This document shows, piece after piece, positions 1 to 12,649 of a stretch of DNA of 64,000 nt. Position 1 is the first letter of the stretch. Every line of letters begins with the position of its first letter. The DNA is from Octopus sinensis. Lineage: Eukaryota. The notes beneath the pieces are model-generated. The model did not search any database. It saw only the letters and a list, made by a program, of their open reading frames with translations, and was not told the DNA's origin. Made by a program: the position numbers and the translations under genes. The stretch lies in NCBI RefSeq assembly GCF_006345805.1, contig NC_042998.1, positions 36,890,001-36,954,000 of the forward strand, in the 5' to 3' direction.

Positions 1-344
1 ATCACTGCTATAATCCATAACGAGTCACATTTAGGTCACTTGACCATTTAACATCCGACTACTATCACACCATTTATATTCCTTTCTTATTCACCCTTAT
101 CTTTCACCTTCTTCTTCTTCGTCTTCTCCCTCTCCGACACCTCCTTCCTAACTTTACCACTACGCAAATTTTATATACAATACATTCAAAAGAGATGTCT
201 CAAGAATTTAATCACTACTACCATCCACAACAAGTCACTTTCAGGGCACTTGACCATTTAACATTCTATTACTATCATGGCACTCCCGCATTCTCCTTCT
301 CCTTCTCCCTTCCTCCTTTTCTTCTTCTTCTTCTTCTCCTTCTT

Positions 345-474
345 CTCCAATCATCCCTGAAAGTTTCATCCGAATCCATCCAGCGGTTCTTGAGATATCT
401 TGTCCACGGACAAACAAACAAGCAAACATGACTGAAAACAATACCTCCGCCCTAGCGAAGCCGGAGCTAATAAA
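345..474 (-). mobile_element. Partial Helentron-associated non-autonomous element (HINE/DINE-1-like), 5' portion
   Basis: Reverse complement reads ...GGCGGAGGTATTGTTTTCAGTCATGTTTGCTTGTTTGTTTGTCCGTGGACAAGATATCTCAAGAACCGCTGGATGGATTCGGATGAAAC. It closely matches the fuller copy at 47349-47709 and shows a subterminal inverted motif plus (TTTG)n. Confidence 0.65.
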
Positions 475-2444
475 TATAATGACAACTTGATTGCACTCCA
501 CATGAGAAAGCATCCATATAGGGCAATTTATGACAAACATCTAATTATATAATTATTTTAAAGAATAATCTTATATAATGATATAGACTGGTGGACTCAG
601 CTGGTGCCCAATGCAGAAACAAATGTTGTGCTTTGCTATAAAAGACTGGTATTATATTATCCTTACATTAATTCTATACAATAACGGACTTCTACATAAT
701 TATGAAGCCGTGAGAAATGTCATGTTAAAGAGTGCCGTATTTTTAATATTTGGAAAAAGAACGTGTAGAATTAGTTCGTCGTCAAATGACATGTATATGC
801 TCCCCCTAAAATTGGACTCCGGAATATATTTTTTCAACGTAAGACTATTTTATCAGCTGTTTAACCTCGTTCAAACTTATACATACCAAAAAAAAAATGC
901 CGTTGTTTTCAACAGACAATCCTGATTACACTGCAAAATGATCACACTAAGAATTATTGATGTCCTGGGAATCAAACTTATTCCGGAAGTTAGCTTACAT
1001 ATTTTGAGGATTATTTATTTATTTATTTGCAGAAAGAAAATGAAAGATATAATCATTATACACATTGACGTTTGAAATGTAATCAGGATATGTTAGAATT
1101 GACGAAAGGTCATAACTTGCACTATATACGCTGCAGGCGGAGGAATTGATTCATCTCTTGTAATTTACTTGGACTTCTAACATTTGAAGCAATAATATTT
1201 GGTGCTACTTTGATGCATTCTAAAGAATAATCCGAATGAAACGAAATGAGTTTGTAGGGGCACACCCACACGTACTCACCCACATAAAGTATAAACATCA
1301 TGCACACACACACGCACACACACACGCACACACACACGTCCATATATAATAGGATTTGGTCAATATAGCAGCATTATGAAGTTTATGAGATCAATGAGTG
1401 TCTGAAGTATTGCCTGTACCTATTAACTGAATAGAATTTCGCTCGTGTGAAAGGTAAATGTTCTGCAAGGTTAATGGGACACGGCTATACCTGATAAGTT
1501 AATTAGACCGGTATCATAAGAAACCAGAACTATGATACCTTTTTTATCGGTAAATATAGAGACAAAAATCAAGCAAAATATACAAAAAGATAAAGAGCAA
1601 ATGCTATTGATAGTGCACATTATTTGATAAATTTTCCTTTAAATCAAAGAGTGTAGAAGTACTTAAATGTTGATCCGCATTAGCATTCATTATTCAAGTA
1701 AATTCACATGTTCACCTCAATATATCCCTTCATAGGATCATTAATTTGCCTCTAAATGTGTTCCAAATTAAACACCACGTTCCGCACACATAATGCATCT
1801 AACAAATATATGTTAAAGAAAGAAAATCTTTTCGAGTACTTAGAACGTGTTTCGCCGAAATATAATACAATCGGCGTACGAACAATTAATATAAATTCAA
1901 ATTACCTCTAGGAAATTATAAGATTGAAACAGAGTCAATGCTCTAAGTGAACCAATCGATTTATCTCCTGTAATTTACTTGCAGTTCTAACACCAAACGC
2001 GGTAATATTTTATCTTCACTTTGTTGTATTGTAACTCGTATTAGAAGAATTGTGTTCTTTTAGACTCATATACAAAATTATACAACCCCCAAAACGTAGG
2101 TATATATAATAATCCATAACAAAAGTAAGGTAATCTCCTCGTCTTCAGTGGATATGGCGCATGCAATATAGCTTCAACATACCATGACACCCTTAACGGT
2201 AGCCGTTCGCAGAGCAAATTAGTTATGTCTATCTGCTCTGTGATCTCTCAACTTTGGGAACACAAGCATTTTGTTCTTTAATCCGACATTCAGTATGGCA
2301 ATTAAGACTAAGTATATGGTCACTTTCCCACGGTGCATAGGTGCTAGGGGATGTTGTGGTAGGGATTTGCCTTGTTAGACAGCTAGTGGGAAGTTGAATG
2401 CAAAAGCAATCGTACAACTGGATCTCTCTCTATATATCTCTCTA

Positions 2445-2640
<196 letters not shown>

Positions 2641-2825
2641 ATGCATATTTGTATATGGTATGTATTTATATTCGTACGTCAGTTAACATGTATGTTGGAA
2701 AAGCATTCTCTCAACGAGAAGTTGGAAAAGCATTCTCTCCCTATAAGTGACCGTTTGAGGACTCTGTGTCTGCACTCGAGAAGTGTTTATGCTCCTAATA
2801 TGAACAGGTCTGATGAAAAGAACTT

Positions 2826-2956
2826 CGACGGGCTTCTTTTCAGTTTCCATCTTCAAATGCATTCACTTGGCCTTGGCCTTATCGGAAAGTGCAAAGCAGT
2901 GGGACTGAATCCGATACCATGTGATCGATTTGCAAACTTCTTGCCTCATAGCCACT
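2826..2956 (-). mobile_element. Decayed SINE 5' half (family D)
   Basis: CGACGGGCTTCTTTCAGTTTCC resembles the reverse complement of the motif at 8260-8291 (GTAGACGG..GAAGAAGGCCGTCG). Remnants of a tRNA-like head follow. Confidence 0.5.
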
Positions 2957-3350
2957 GACAAATGATTAAAAATGAATATTTTAAAAGCGGCAGATTAACT
3001 AATAAATAGAGCAAAAAATAAGAGGATAGGCAACAATATTCTAACTCTGCTAAAAATCAATTAGAGTCTCAATGTTACTATATGATACTAATAACACTAC
3101 AACAGTAAATTAATGCAAACGGTTTCAAATCATGTGGCAGCAATAATAAACCAAGAATATTAAACCCGATGACGGAGTTAATTATTCTACAGTTAGCATT
3201 TTTTTGTTTAGCTTTCTCGGAAAGTATTGTGGGAAAGTTTGGGCTTGTTTTGGTGTAATCCGGACCACTTGGTAACACATGTCATGTCGGCTGTCATGTC
3301 AATGTAGACATAAAAAGAACCACGAATTACTTAAAGAATCGATGGTTCAA

Positions 3351-3676
3351 GGCGGCGAGCTGACAGAAACGTTAGCAGGCTGAGCGAAATGTTTGCGGTA
3401 TTTCGTCCGTCTTTACATTCTGAGTCGAAATTCTGGTACATTTTTGGCCAAAAATATGTTGCAATATTATCATCTGCTAAAATGACGAGCTGGGAGAATC
3501 GTTAGCACGCCGGGCAGAATGCTTAGTGGCATTTCGTCCATCTTGATGGTCTGAGCTAAAATTTCGCCGAGACCGGCTTTGAATTTCATCATTTCTCAAT
3601 CAATAAATCACTGCAGCCGACGTAATCGATTAACTCCCTCCCCACAAATTCCTAACCATGTGTTAAAGTTTAAAAC
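3351..3676 (+). mobile_element. Two adjacent decayed tRNA-derived SINE copies (family A)
   Basis: Heads GGCGGCGAGCTGACAGAAACGTTAGC (3351) and GACGAGCTGGGAGAATCGTTAGCACGCCGGGC (3484) match the better-preserved copies at 17349, 32368 and 33640. Confidence 0.8.
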
Positions 3677-3926
3677 CTGTCTAATTAGTTACCGAAGGCT
3701 CACTGGCAAATATACACTATGGCGGAAACACTACAAGGCAGCTGGGAAAAAACAGTAAACTTATAATAAAAAAATCATATATTCTGTGATTATTTTACTC
3801 TTTAAATAACGTTATGACGCTATATATATATATATGTATATAATGTATGTATATATATATATATATAGATAATGTAAATATATGCATGTATGTATGTATA
3901 TATATATATGTACATATATATACATT

Positions 3927-3975
<49 letters not shown>

Positions 3976-3984
3976 GTATGCATG

Positions 3985-4015
<31 letters not shown>

Positions 4016-5454
4016 ATACATAGGGAAAGAGAGAAAGAGAGAAAAAGCCAGAGAGTGAAGTTATAACGATTTTCTGACTCTAAGAACAAACATCTTTTCC
4101 GAATAGTGCTTATATTGTTTACGGATCGGTGAGTATCTTGTGTTCCATAGATCTAATTGAATTGATATGACTGATTTCTCACGGTGGAAAAGATAAAAAG
4201 TGAATTGCATTCCGGAGAAATTTAATTGGAATCTTGAACGTAATAAATACACTAACGTATTTATACCGAAGTTTAACTATTTTCGCTAATCCATCAAAGT
4301 TAATGAAATTACATGCAAACAAGTGAGGCATGAAGCAGTCACGCCACCTGATATAAAAGGATCCAGGTAAGCCTCAAATCACACATTTTCTCTTAAAAGA
4401 GGAAATGCATATTCAATAACGTTGAAGTAGACATTATATGTTGTAAAGTAATGTAATGATGATACTTATTGTCAGAACGCCATCGACAATATGTCCAACT
4501 GATGAGATCCGATTGTAAACAATAAAAATTGGCAAACACGTTAACGAATAAGACTATATACAATCCTTCTATCTCTTGGGAGTAGCACTGAAATCTAATT
4601 CAGAGAAAATTTGTAAATGGGATCTTTGAAATACCATCTAGAAATAGATATTCGTCAATATGACAACATGTTATAGGTCTAATATGATAGCCAAAATATT
4701 TCATAGCGAAACAAAAAAATATGCTAGTATCAGTAGTTTACACTGGAAAGAAAAGAGATTTGAGCCCCTGGGATGATGTTTCCGTCCAAGAAATATCAGA
4801 GAAATTAAGCGAAGAAAATAGTTCTTTGAAGGTTTTCTCGAAGATCGTTACATGCTTAATTTAATGGCTCAAATGAAGGAAGCAAATTGGAAGAGGATAT
4901 TCTTGTGAATGGACAGGATGTGCTGCTGCGTTTATTTTATCAGTGAAGATGTTTGCAAGTATGTCACTGGAGGAGGCAAAGAAAATAAAATGTGCGAATT
5001 TCTCCCTGTATGCATAGACACGTGTGTATGTGTGTGTGTGGGATAGTGTGTACGAGCGTGTCATGTTGGTTGGTGTGGCGTTGTGTGTTCTGTCGATTAG
5101 GTTGTGTGAAAGGAACTTATGTGCGACAAAGTCTTCGTTTTTGCTCTTATGACTGTGGTAAGGGAGAGTATATGCAGGTGTGTGTTTATGATTGCATGCG
5201 CCGTTAGCAAAAATCACTACTACTAGAGGAATACAGGTGTGTTTTCCATTGAATGAAACTGTGTGTAGGTTAAAGCTTATTTCTTACGCACCATCAAAAT
5301 GCAATTGATCCATGGTATAAAGGGCAGTCCAGATATGGTGATACTGTTAGACATAACGAGAGGAATTCAGTTGCAAGCTTCGGAAGAACGTGATCTGTTG
5401 TTAGAGTGAACAAATAATCGACAGTCTCCATAACGTACTATCGATTTCCAACGT

Positions 5455-5760
5455 GTCTCTCCTATATGTCAAACGGCACCGATTGGTATTTTGTCCAGCA
5501 TAAAATGACCTCTGATGTAGAGGTGAATGAATAACGTGTTGGGTGGAGTAACGTTGGAGGTGTTTGTAAAAAGAAGTAGATATTGCACAGGGATCGACAG
5601 GAAACTGAGGCTTTATGATGAGTGCAGAAAGGAATGAAGGAGATATGGAAAAAAAGCAAGGAAAATAACTTGGTAAGTAGCAGCTGCATCACATGATAAG
5701 GAGATGACATTCTTAGGTGAAGTTTTAAAAGCGAACCTTCAAGCTAGAGGAGATGCGAGT
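5455..5760 (-). mobile_element. Decayed Penelope-like element, linker/GIY-YIG fragment
   Basis: Minus-strand translation gives ASVSCRSLCNIYFFL...SFTSTSEVILC and, after a frameshift, GQNTNRCRLTYR. This resembles the PLE Cys linker and the FTCxSxNVIYC...IGQTxRRL motif. Confidence 0.4.
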
Positions 5761-5994
5761 TTTTTTCTTCAAAATATGATTTGGTGAGATTGTGGGTAAA
5801 TAAAAAGAAAACAAGTGTGGGAAATAGGAAGGGGCATTACATAGCGTCACAGGTAACAATGTTATCGCGATTGTAGGCGGCAGTGCTAAGAATTGATTAG
5901 GGAAATTGTATAGAGTTTGGTGTGATTAAGAATCATTGTCTGAGTAATGGGGTGACTGCCGGTTAGAGGCTGGAATGATCGAGAGGTAGGGAAC

Positions 5995-6029
<35 letters not shown>

Positions 6030-6204
6030 AAGAAAGATATATATTCATGAAATTATCAAAGGCGATATAGCTCGTGGAGAGGAAAAGCTTGGGCAAGGCC
6101 GCAAGTGAAAAGAAATTAAGAAGTGAAACTGTGTCTGGCGAAGGAAATCGCCGGCACGACGGCACAACCAGGTCAGAGTTGATTGCAGCAGACTGGCTGG
6201 AAGT

Positions 6205-6220
6205 GACTACAACAACAACA

Positions 6221-6282
<62 letters not shown>

Positions 6283-6295
6283 AACGACTACTACG
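6205..6295. repeat. (ACA)n/(ACT)n microsatellite
   Basis: Directly visible; explains the poly-T and poly-V ORFs. Confidence 0.97.
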
Positions 6296-7817
6296 TTATA
6301 TGATATTTGTGTCATTCAGGAGAAAAGTAGTAAAAGAATGAGACAAGGTTATGAAAACTATTCATTAATCACAAGAAAGACGTGAAAAACAATAAAACAA
6401 CACAATATTGATCAAGTTAAATGAATATTTTGTTTTCCTTGAATGTGAAGCGAAACACTCGATATATTAAGAGGCTTTTAAGCGGACTTATATCCCTGTT
6501 TATTTCAACGTCATTAAGCATTTCAGCGAAATGAATTAACTCTACCAGGAATAGAATCCACTTCGAAACCATTAGTCTCGCTCGGAGATTAACATTTCGC
6601 TTTTCGGCAACTGTGTCTGTAAAGTTATGAAAGAGTTGGGAAAAGGCAAGATTCGTCGAACGGGAGAATAAATCGATCGCCACCACGCAATATATTACAA
6701 TGACTTTTGAAAACAAACCAATAGTGTTTGATGGCCATTGGCTGTGATATTCGCAATCATTTTTAGTGTGGACTATGAACACAATTGAATAAATAATATA
6801 GTCAGTTGCTTTATGATTGCCGCTAATTCACTATTATTAAGGACATTGGGCACGCTTTCTCCGATCCATAACCCATATTTTAGTGCCAAAGAAACTCGCC
6901 ATTGTGATGTTAATACAATTCTGAAGTGCGTTAGTGATGTGTCGTTAAATAATTTTCCATCAAAAACAGTATAGCTCCCTGCTATCTACCTTGTGATAAT
7001 ATTAACTGCATACAAAGACGGTAAATACAAATAATAAATGATCAAGCAATCTATACACGTCTGAAAAATAAAACCAAAATAATACAGAATAACGATAGAT
7101 ATATAAGAAAAGTTTAAACAAAAGAGATTTATTTATAATCGTTAATTACATGATATTTGTGGTGGCAGCAGTAAACCGTATTATTAGCTAACGTAAAAGC
7201 TGTCTTTCTAAGAGCGATTCCATCTAACTTTTCTGTTTCATATTTTTTACTGTTTTGTTTGGGTTCTTCAGAAACAAAAACTAATAAAGCTATACTTGTT
7301 TCCTAAAAAATCTAATATAGTTGTCTTTTTATGGAAAGGAAGTCGCAAAAAATAAAAATAAAGCAAACAGCTGGGTAAGACAGAGATATAAAAAATAAAT
7401 ATTGTATAACCGTGCTGAAGCTATAAGATATACACAAGTACATTTGTAAACAAAATGAAGTGTTTAATGTATATGCAATATATTTATTTCATTTTATAAA
7501 CGAACCAACTTCCATAAAGAAATAACCAATTCAGAAAGGTAATTAGTCACTATTTACCCGAAAATGGTAATATTTGATAATGTTTACTTCTCATGATACC
7601 ACTTTTGAAAGAAATCTAATTATTTTACTATTCTATTTAATGTCGTCATATAACTGGGAAAAAAATCATCAAAAATCAATTGAGAAATTACGCGATGGAT
7701 AATAACTCATCAAAATTTAATAAATTTATATTTTGTTGAGACTCAAGTTATCACTCATGAGATGAATTTTCATCCAAAGCGCTGTAGACATCAAAATGGC
7801 CTTCAATGTGTGAGTGT

Positions 7818-8099
7818 GTATGTATGTATGTATGTATGTATGTATGTATGTATGTATGTATGTATGTGTGTATGTATGTATGCATGTATGTATGTATGTA
7901 TGTATGTATGCATGTATGTATGTATGTATGTATGTATGTATGTATGTATGTATGTATGAATGTATGTATGTATGTGTGTATGTATGTATGCATGTATGTA
8001 TGTATGTATGTATGTATGTATGTATGTATGTACGTACGTATGTATGTATGTATGTATGTATGTATGTATGTATGTATGTATGTATGTGTGTGTGTGTGT
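7818..8099. repeat. (TATG)n microsatellite ending in (TG)n
   Basis: Directly visible. Confidence 0.98.
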
Positions 8100-8313
8100 C
8101 ATTATTCAGTTCATTTCAAGATTTCTTGTCAATAGAGAAAGAAACGGTTTTTAAACTAGATCCAACATTCCTTCATTAGGATTTCAACATCAACAACAGG
8201 GTATTTTTGTATGTATGTATGTTTGTATGTATATGTAAGTATATACGTTCAAATTTGGATTTGGTAGACGGTGATTGGAAGAAGGCCGTCGTATATATGT
8301 ATATATATATATA

Positions 8314-8653
8314 CCGGAGTAAGCACATAAATATGAACCAAGATGGAAAAAAGAGTACTCAAATACCAGAGGTAGAGTAATATGCTTTATTTAAAAGCAG
8401 CAGAAATATAGCGAAAGCTGTTACTCAGAGTTTCATGTTCCCGTTCGTCGGATAGTTTTGTTAAAATAGTTCAGAAATATCGATTTGGTCAACACTAGTT
8501 AAAGGATACACCTTTAAATATGTGTATCCTTTAACTAGTTTTGACCAAATTGTTATTTCTGTTCTTTTTTAACAAAACTGTCCGACGAACAGGGACGTGA
8601 AACTCTGAGTAACAGCTTTTGTTATATTTCTGCTGCTTTTAAATAGAGCATAT
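8314..8653. mobile_element. Penelope-like terminal-repeat fold-back element inserted in (TA)n
   Basis: Arms 8380-8511 and 8522-8653 are inverted copies with a 10-nt loop. TA tracts lie on both flanks, and each arm contains a hammerhead-like motif. Confidence 0.8.
8574..8620 (+). ncRNA. Minimal type I hammerhead ribozyme motif with CCGACGA core (mirror copy 8414-8459, minus strand)
   Basis: ctgt-CCGACGA-ac..gt-GAAA-ctc t gag-TA-acag. Stem I is ctgt/acag, stem III is the near-palindrome ACTC-T-GAGT, and the cleavage triplet GUA ends at 8611. Confidence 0.7.
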
Positions 8654-9639
8654 ATTTATATATATATGTGTGTGTGTGTGTATGTATGTATACGTTTGTG
8701 TGCCTGTGTTTGTCCCCCAATATCACTTGACAACAGGTTCGGCAAAAGAGACCGATAGAATAAGTACTAAGCTTAGAAAGAATATGTTCTGGGGGCGATT
8801 TGCTCGACTAAAGGCGGTGTTTCAGCATAGCCACAGTCAAATGTCTGAAACAAGTAAAAGAGTAAAGAGAGTAATATACATACATATATGATTATACCAA
8901 AATTTTCTTTTACTTTTAGAGAGGATGTATGTGAGTGATTTGAGGGCATTGTAATGCTATTTTATGAGGCCCAGTGATCATGCAGAGGATGCCTATTTGT
9001 TGTATGTGTCATGTCTTGAGTCACATTTACAATAAACAGAGTTTATTGTAAATGTGACTCAAGACATGACACATACTAATTATTTAATACTAATCCTATG
9101 CCCAATGCGGCAAACTGACAGAATGTTTAGCACGCCGTGCAAAATGCTAAGCGGCGTTTCGTCCACTAATATTTCGTGGGTTTGCGTCTTCAATGATGTT
9201 AATTTTACAGTGAAATCGGTTTATTATAAAATGTGGATGATATAGGAATTTGAATAAGTCACAAAGGTAATCCTCGCTTCCTTTAGAACAGGGTAACTTA
9301 ATAAATGAGATGACACTACATTGTTGAAAACTGGAAACAAAATGTCGTCGAAACACGAATATCTTGGAAACAAAATAGACCAAAACTCAAGGAATACTAT
9401 ACCTACAACACTTAAAGGGGAAGGATTGACGAGCCTTGAGATGTATGGGGTTGCAGCCAGTGATTGTGTATAAGGTTTAGGCCAATGGAATACATAACAA
9501 GTATAAGGGACCATGCATAGACCTTCATATATACTGGATAATACACGGAAATGAACCCAACAGAACGGGGGTGGACAATAGGGTTAAAGTGAAATTCAAA
9601 ATCGATAGAATTAGGCAAAAAATTTTATCAATGCCCTAA

Positions 9640-11138
9640 TCGCTATTTATAAAACTGAAATGCGAAAAGTTTGCTTGTTTGTTTGTTTGATTTTGGCATT
9701 GAGAACGGGTTAAAGGCCACTAGATCCCGTCGGATTGACTCCAACATTTACAGGGACATGTAAAATGTGGTGAGGATGCCAGTGGGCTACGTTAGAAATC
9801 CCCATCTTAAAAGGTGTCGTTGCTAGGGCCAAAAACTCACTGTGACAAGTCTACTCTCATTCTTTTATGTATCTGTCTTCCTCCGTCACTCATTCTCTTT
9901 CCTTCCTTCCCATCACTTTCTATATATAGCGTTGTTTCACAGCGTCTATCTCCCTTACCTTCACTTTCTCTTTACGACGTCGTGTCACGGCGTCCTCAAT
10001 CTCCCCCTCCTCCCCTCCTTCAACAGCGCTTTCACACACTCTGTCTGCCTTCATAGAGAGAATTATCATCGCCACAACCACCACCACACAATCATGAGAA
10101 CAAATATTATGAATCAGATATTTATTGGGTTAATTTATATATATGTGTGTGTGTGCGTATGTGTGTGTGTTCTATATATAAATATGTATATATAATGTAT
10201 ATATACAAAGTGTATATATCTGTATTTATGTATATTAAACTTTTTAATATTTTTTGATAGTTATATATATTTAAAAAAAATTATATATATAAATTAATAA
10301 ATTTAATTTTAAAATTAGATAATTTAAATTTTTAAATTTTATATATTTTGTACATTATATTTTTATTTTTATGTTTTGGGTTATGTTTTTCACTGTTTAA
10401 TTTGCCTAATAGTGGTTTTATCTCTAATTTAATTTATATATATATATACTATGTATACATTTGTATATATAATGCGTACACACACACACACACACACACA
10501 CACAAATATAGATATATAATGCGTTTGCGCTAGCCTTTAAATCGTTAATGTGTTGTTGTCGATGATGAAGAAGTTTTGAATGCTTGCCATGGTGAGTCTA
10601 CTGTCGTGAGAAAGAATCACTTCAAAACTTGGTGTTTAGAAATTTTCTTTTACAACAAGTTCAAAATTTTACGCCAGCCGTTAAACTGCCACTACGTTGC
10701 TGTCTGTCGTTAACAAATGCTAGCCATGGTGACTCTACTATCCTCAGATTCTATCCCTTCAAACTTTGGTTTCCAATATTTTTTTTTTATTCAGCTCGCA
10801 AGATCGTCTGTCCCTTTTAAATGTTAGTGTTTTGCTGTCTGCCTTGAAGCAGACCTTTCCGTTGTCACTGCCTGATATTTATGATTGATCTTTCAAAATA
10901 TTTTACTTTCTCAACTTACTCAAGATCTTTTGTTGTTTATAAATGAGAGAGAGATAGATAGAGAAAGATAGAGAGTAAGAGAAAGCGAGGGAGAGTCCGA
11001 GAGAAAGGAAAAGTAAGTGGGAAAGTGGGAAACTGAGAGAGAAAGGAGAGAGAAACAAAGAGGGAGAATGTGGTGATAAAAAACAGAAAGTAAGAACCAC
11101 ACTCTTACCCGCGCGTAGAGCGGGTCACCTTAAGCTAG
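9640..11138 (+). mobile_element. Apparently full-length non-autonomous Helitron (about 1.5 kb)
   Basis: Starts A|TC (9639|9640), followed by TATTTATAAAACTGAAATGCGAAAAG and (TTTG)n as in Lep1-like Helitrons. Ends with hairpin ACCCGC/GCGGGT (11107-11125), a 9-nt spacer and CTAG (11135-11138) followed by T. No TSD. Confidence 0.75.
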
Positions 11139-11984
11139 TATATTATATAAGCGGTTTAAATTGATTGAACATTGATTTCGTTTTATTTTCATGGAGCTGG
11201 AAATTATCGATGCATTCCAATGCATTACCAGATACCTTTTACTTAAAAGATTAGGATTCGGATAAACATAGACAACCACATTTGATTTTAATAAAATATC
11301 GATTTCAGTTGGTAAATGAATTCAAGGCAGTGGCTGTCGTTTTCAGTGATTCATATTTTAAAGATACCTTTATGCAAGTAGTTTCCAAATTCCCACGTCA
11401 GAAAAATTGAGGAATAAGCTGAAGGCAATCTCACCTGAAACGAAAGAAAATCTAACATTAGATAATAATACCGGGTAATAATTTGTCTCACAAACATTGA
11501 GTGTCATATCGCATTCTATGGAAGACGCGAAACAAACCTGTACCACAGGCACAGAAACTACATGTCTGTGTTACAAAATATATGAATGGGTTACACTCTT
11601 TGAAATATTCACAGAAACATATCCTGCTTAGAATGAGTTCTTAGTCATTGTGCTGAAATATTCTTTTTTGCTAGAATGGTGATTTAATACACCACAAATT
11701 AAATTTTCCAGACAAATGAGTGATGAGGCTAATTTAACTTCGTTACAAATAAAACATTTGTCGTTGTTGTTGCTAAGTGAATTCCGTGTTTGAGGAGTAG
11801 GGACGACACAGTTTCTTTTATTATGTATAACAACCCAAATTCCTGTTCTTTTAGGAACATGAATTCAGGTGTGCAAAAGTATAAAAAATAAAAATTAATT
11901 CTTAAAAATTCCACATTGATACGTGAGCCATGAATAGATTCCCCTTAGCTAATGAACCAATCAATGAATTTCCCCAGTTAATAA

Positions 11985-12450
11985 AAAGCCCTTTTCATAT
12001 CTCAACCTTTAACTCTATAGCCTTCATACAAAGGTCATCACTCACTACCTAAACAAACCTTCCTCCTTCCTACCTTCAACCTCTCCTACTACCACTAGCC
12101 TCATTATTAACCCTTACTCTGAAATCTATTTTCTCCTCCCACTACTCTCTATCCAAACACCCCCATCTCCCCTTCCTAACAGACTTAACTCACCACAAAA
12201 TCATTCCATGTTTAAACTGTCCCTGTCAACACCTAATTTAAAATTCTCCAATGTGAAATTCTCCCCTGAAGACGAAGGCGGTGTTATCCAAGTAACTATT
12301 ATTATTCCGGACCAGCAAGCCTATAGAAACAGCTGTTGGACTAAACGGGGAAAACTCTACCCATTAAAAAGTAGAAAAAGCATGCAGTTCTGAAATAAAA
12401 ATCTACTACATCCCATTGCAGAAACAACTGTAAGCCAATGATGTTCATTA
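11985..12450 (+). mobile_element. Penelope-like 3' terminal fragment with degenerate hammerhead (12263-12340)
   Basis: C/T-rich tract, then CTGAAGA (12266-12272), a long stem II region, GAAA (12326-12329), palindrome ACAGCTGT and a downstream AATAAA. Stem I is only about 2 bp. Confidence 0.55.
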
Positions 12451-12501
12451 CACAATCTCTGTTCTTTCCAGTATGCTATTTTGTTTGTGCGTTTGTTTGT
12501 T

Positions 12502-12533
<32 letters not shown>

Positions 12534-12649
12534 CGTGTGTGTATGTGTGTGTGTGTGTATATATGCGTGTGTGATTTTGCGTTTCTGTATGTGTGTGTAT
12601 ATACTTAACCATACGCTTCAAGATATACTTGTTAATCGTTTTCTGAAGA

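Larger units (their letters stand above)
8260..8870 (+). mobile_element. SINE (family D) interrupted in its internal TA/TG tract by a fold-back element
   Basis: 5' piece TTGGTAGACGG..AAGGCCGTCGTATATATG at 8260-8312. 3' piece GTGTTTGTCCCCC..GGCAAAAGAGACCGATAGAATAAGTACT..GGCGGTG..CTGAAACAAGTAAAAGAG at 8668-8870. Confidence 0.7.

Noticed and set aside
1-330. Duplicated CACTTGACCATTTAACAT..ACTATCA (about 37 and 247) that might be Penelope C-terminal relics
   Set aside because: The duplication is real, but the protein resemblance is too faint to call.
4350-4372. TATAAAA followed by CAG|GTAAGC
   Set aside because: The spacing is too short for a TATA-driven exon and nothing else supports it.
10200-10450. 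Extremely AT-rich irregular tract (similar A-rich tract at 35400-35850)
   Set aside because: It looks like degraded or poorly resolved (TA)n sequence and shows no interpretable structure.
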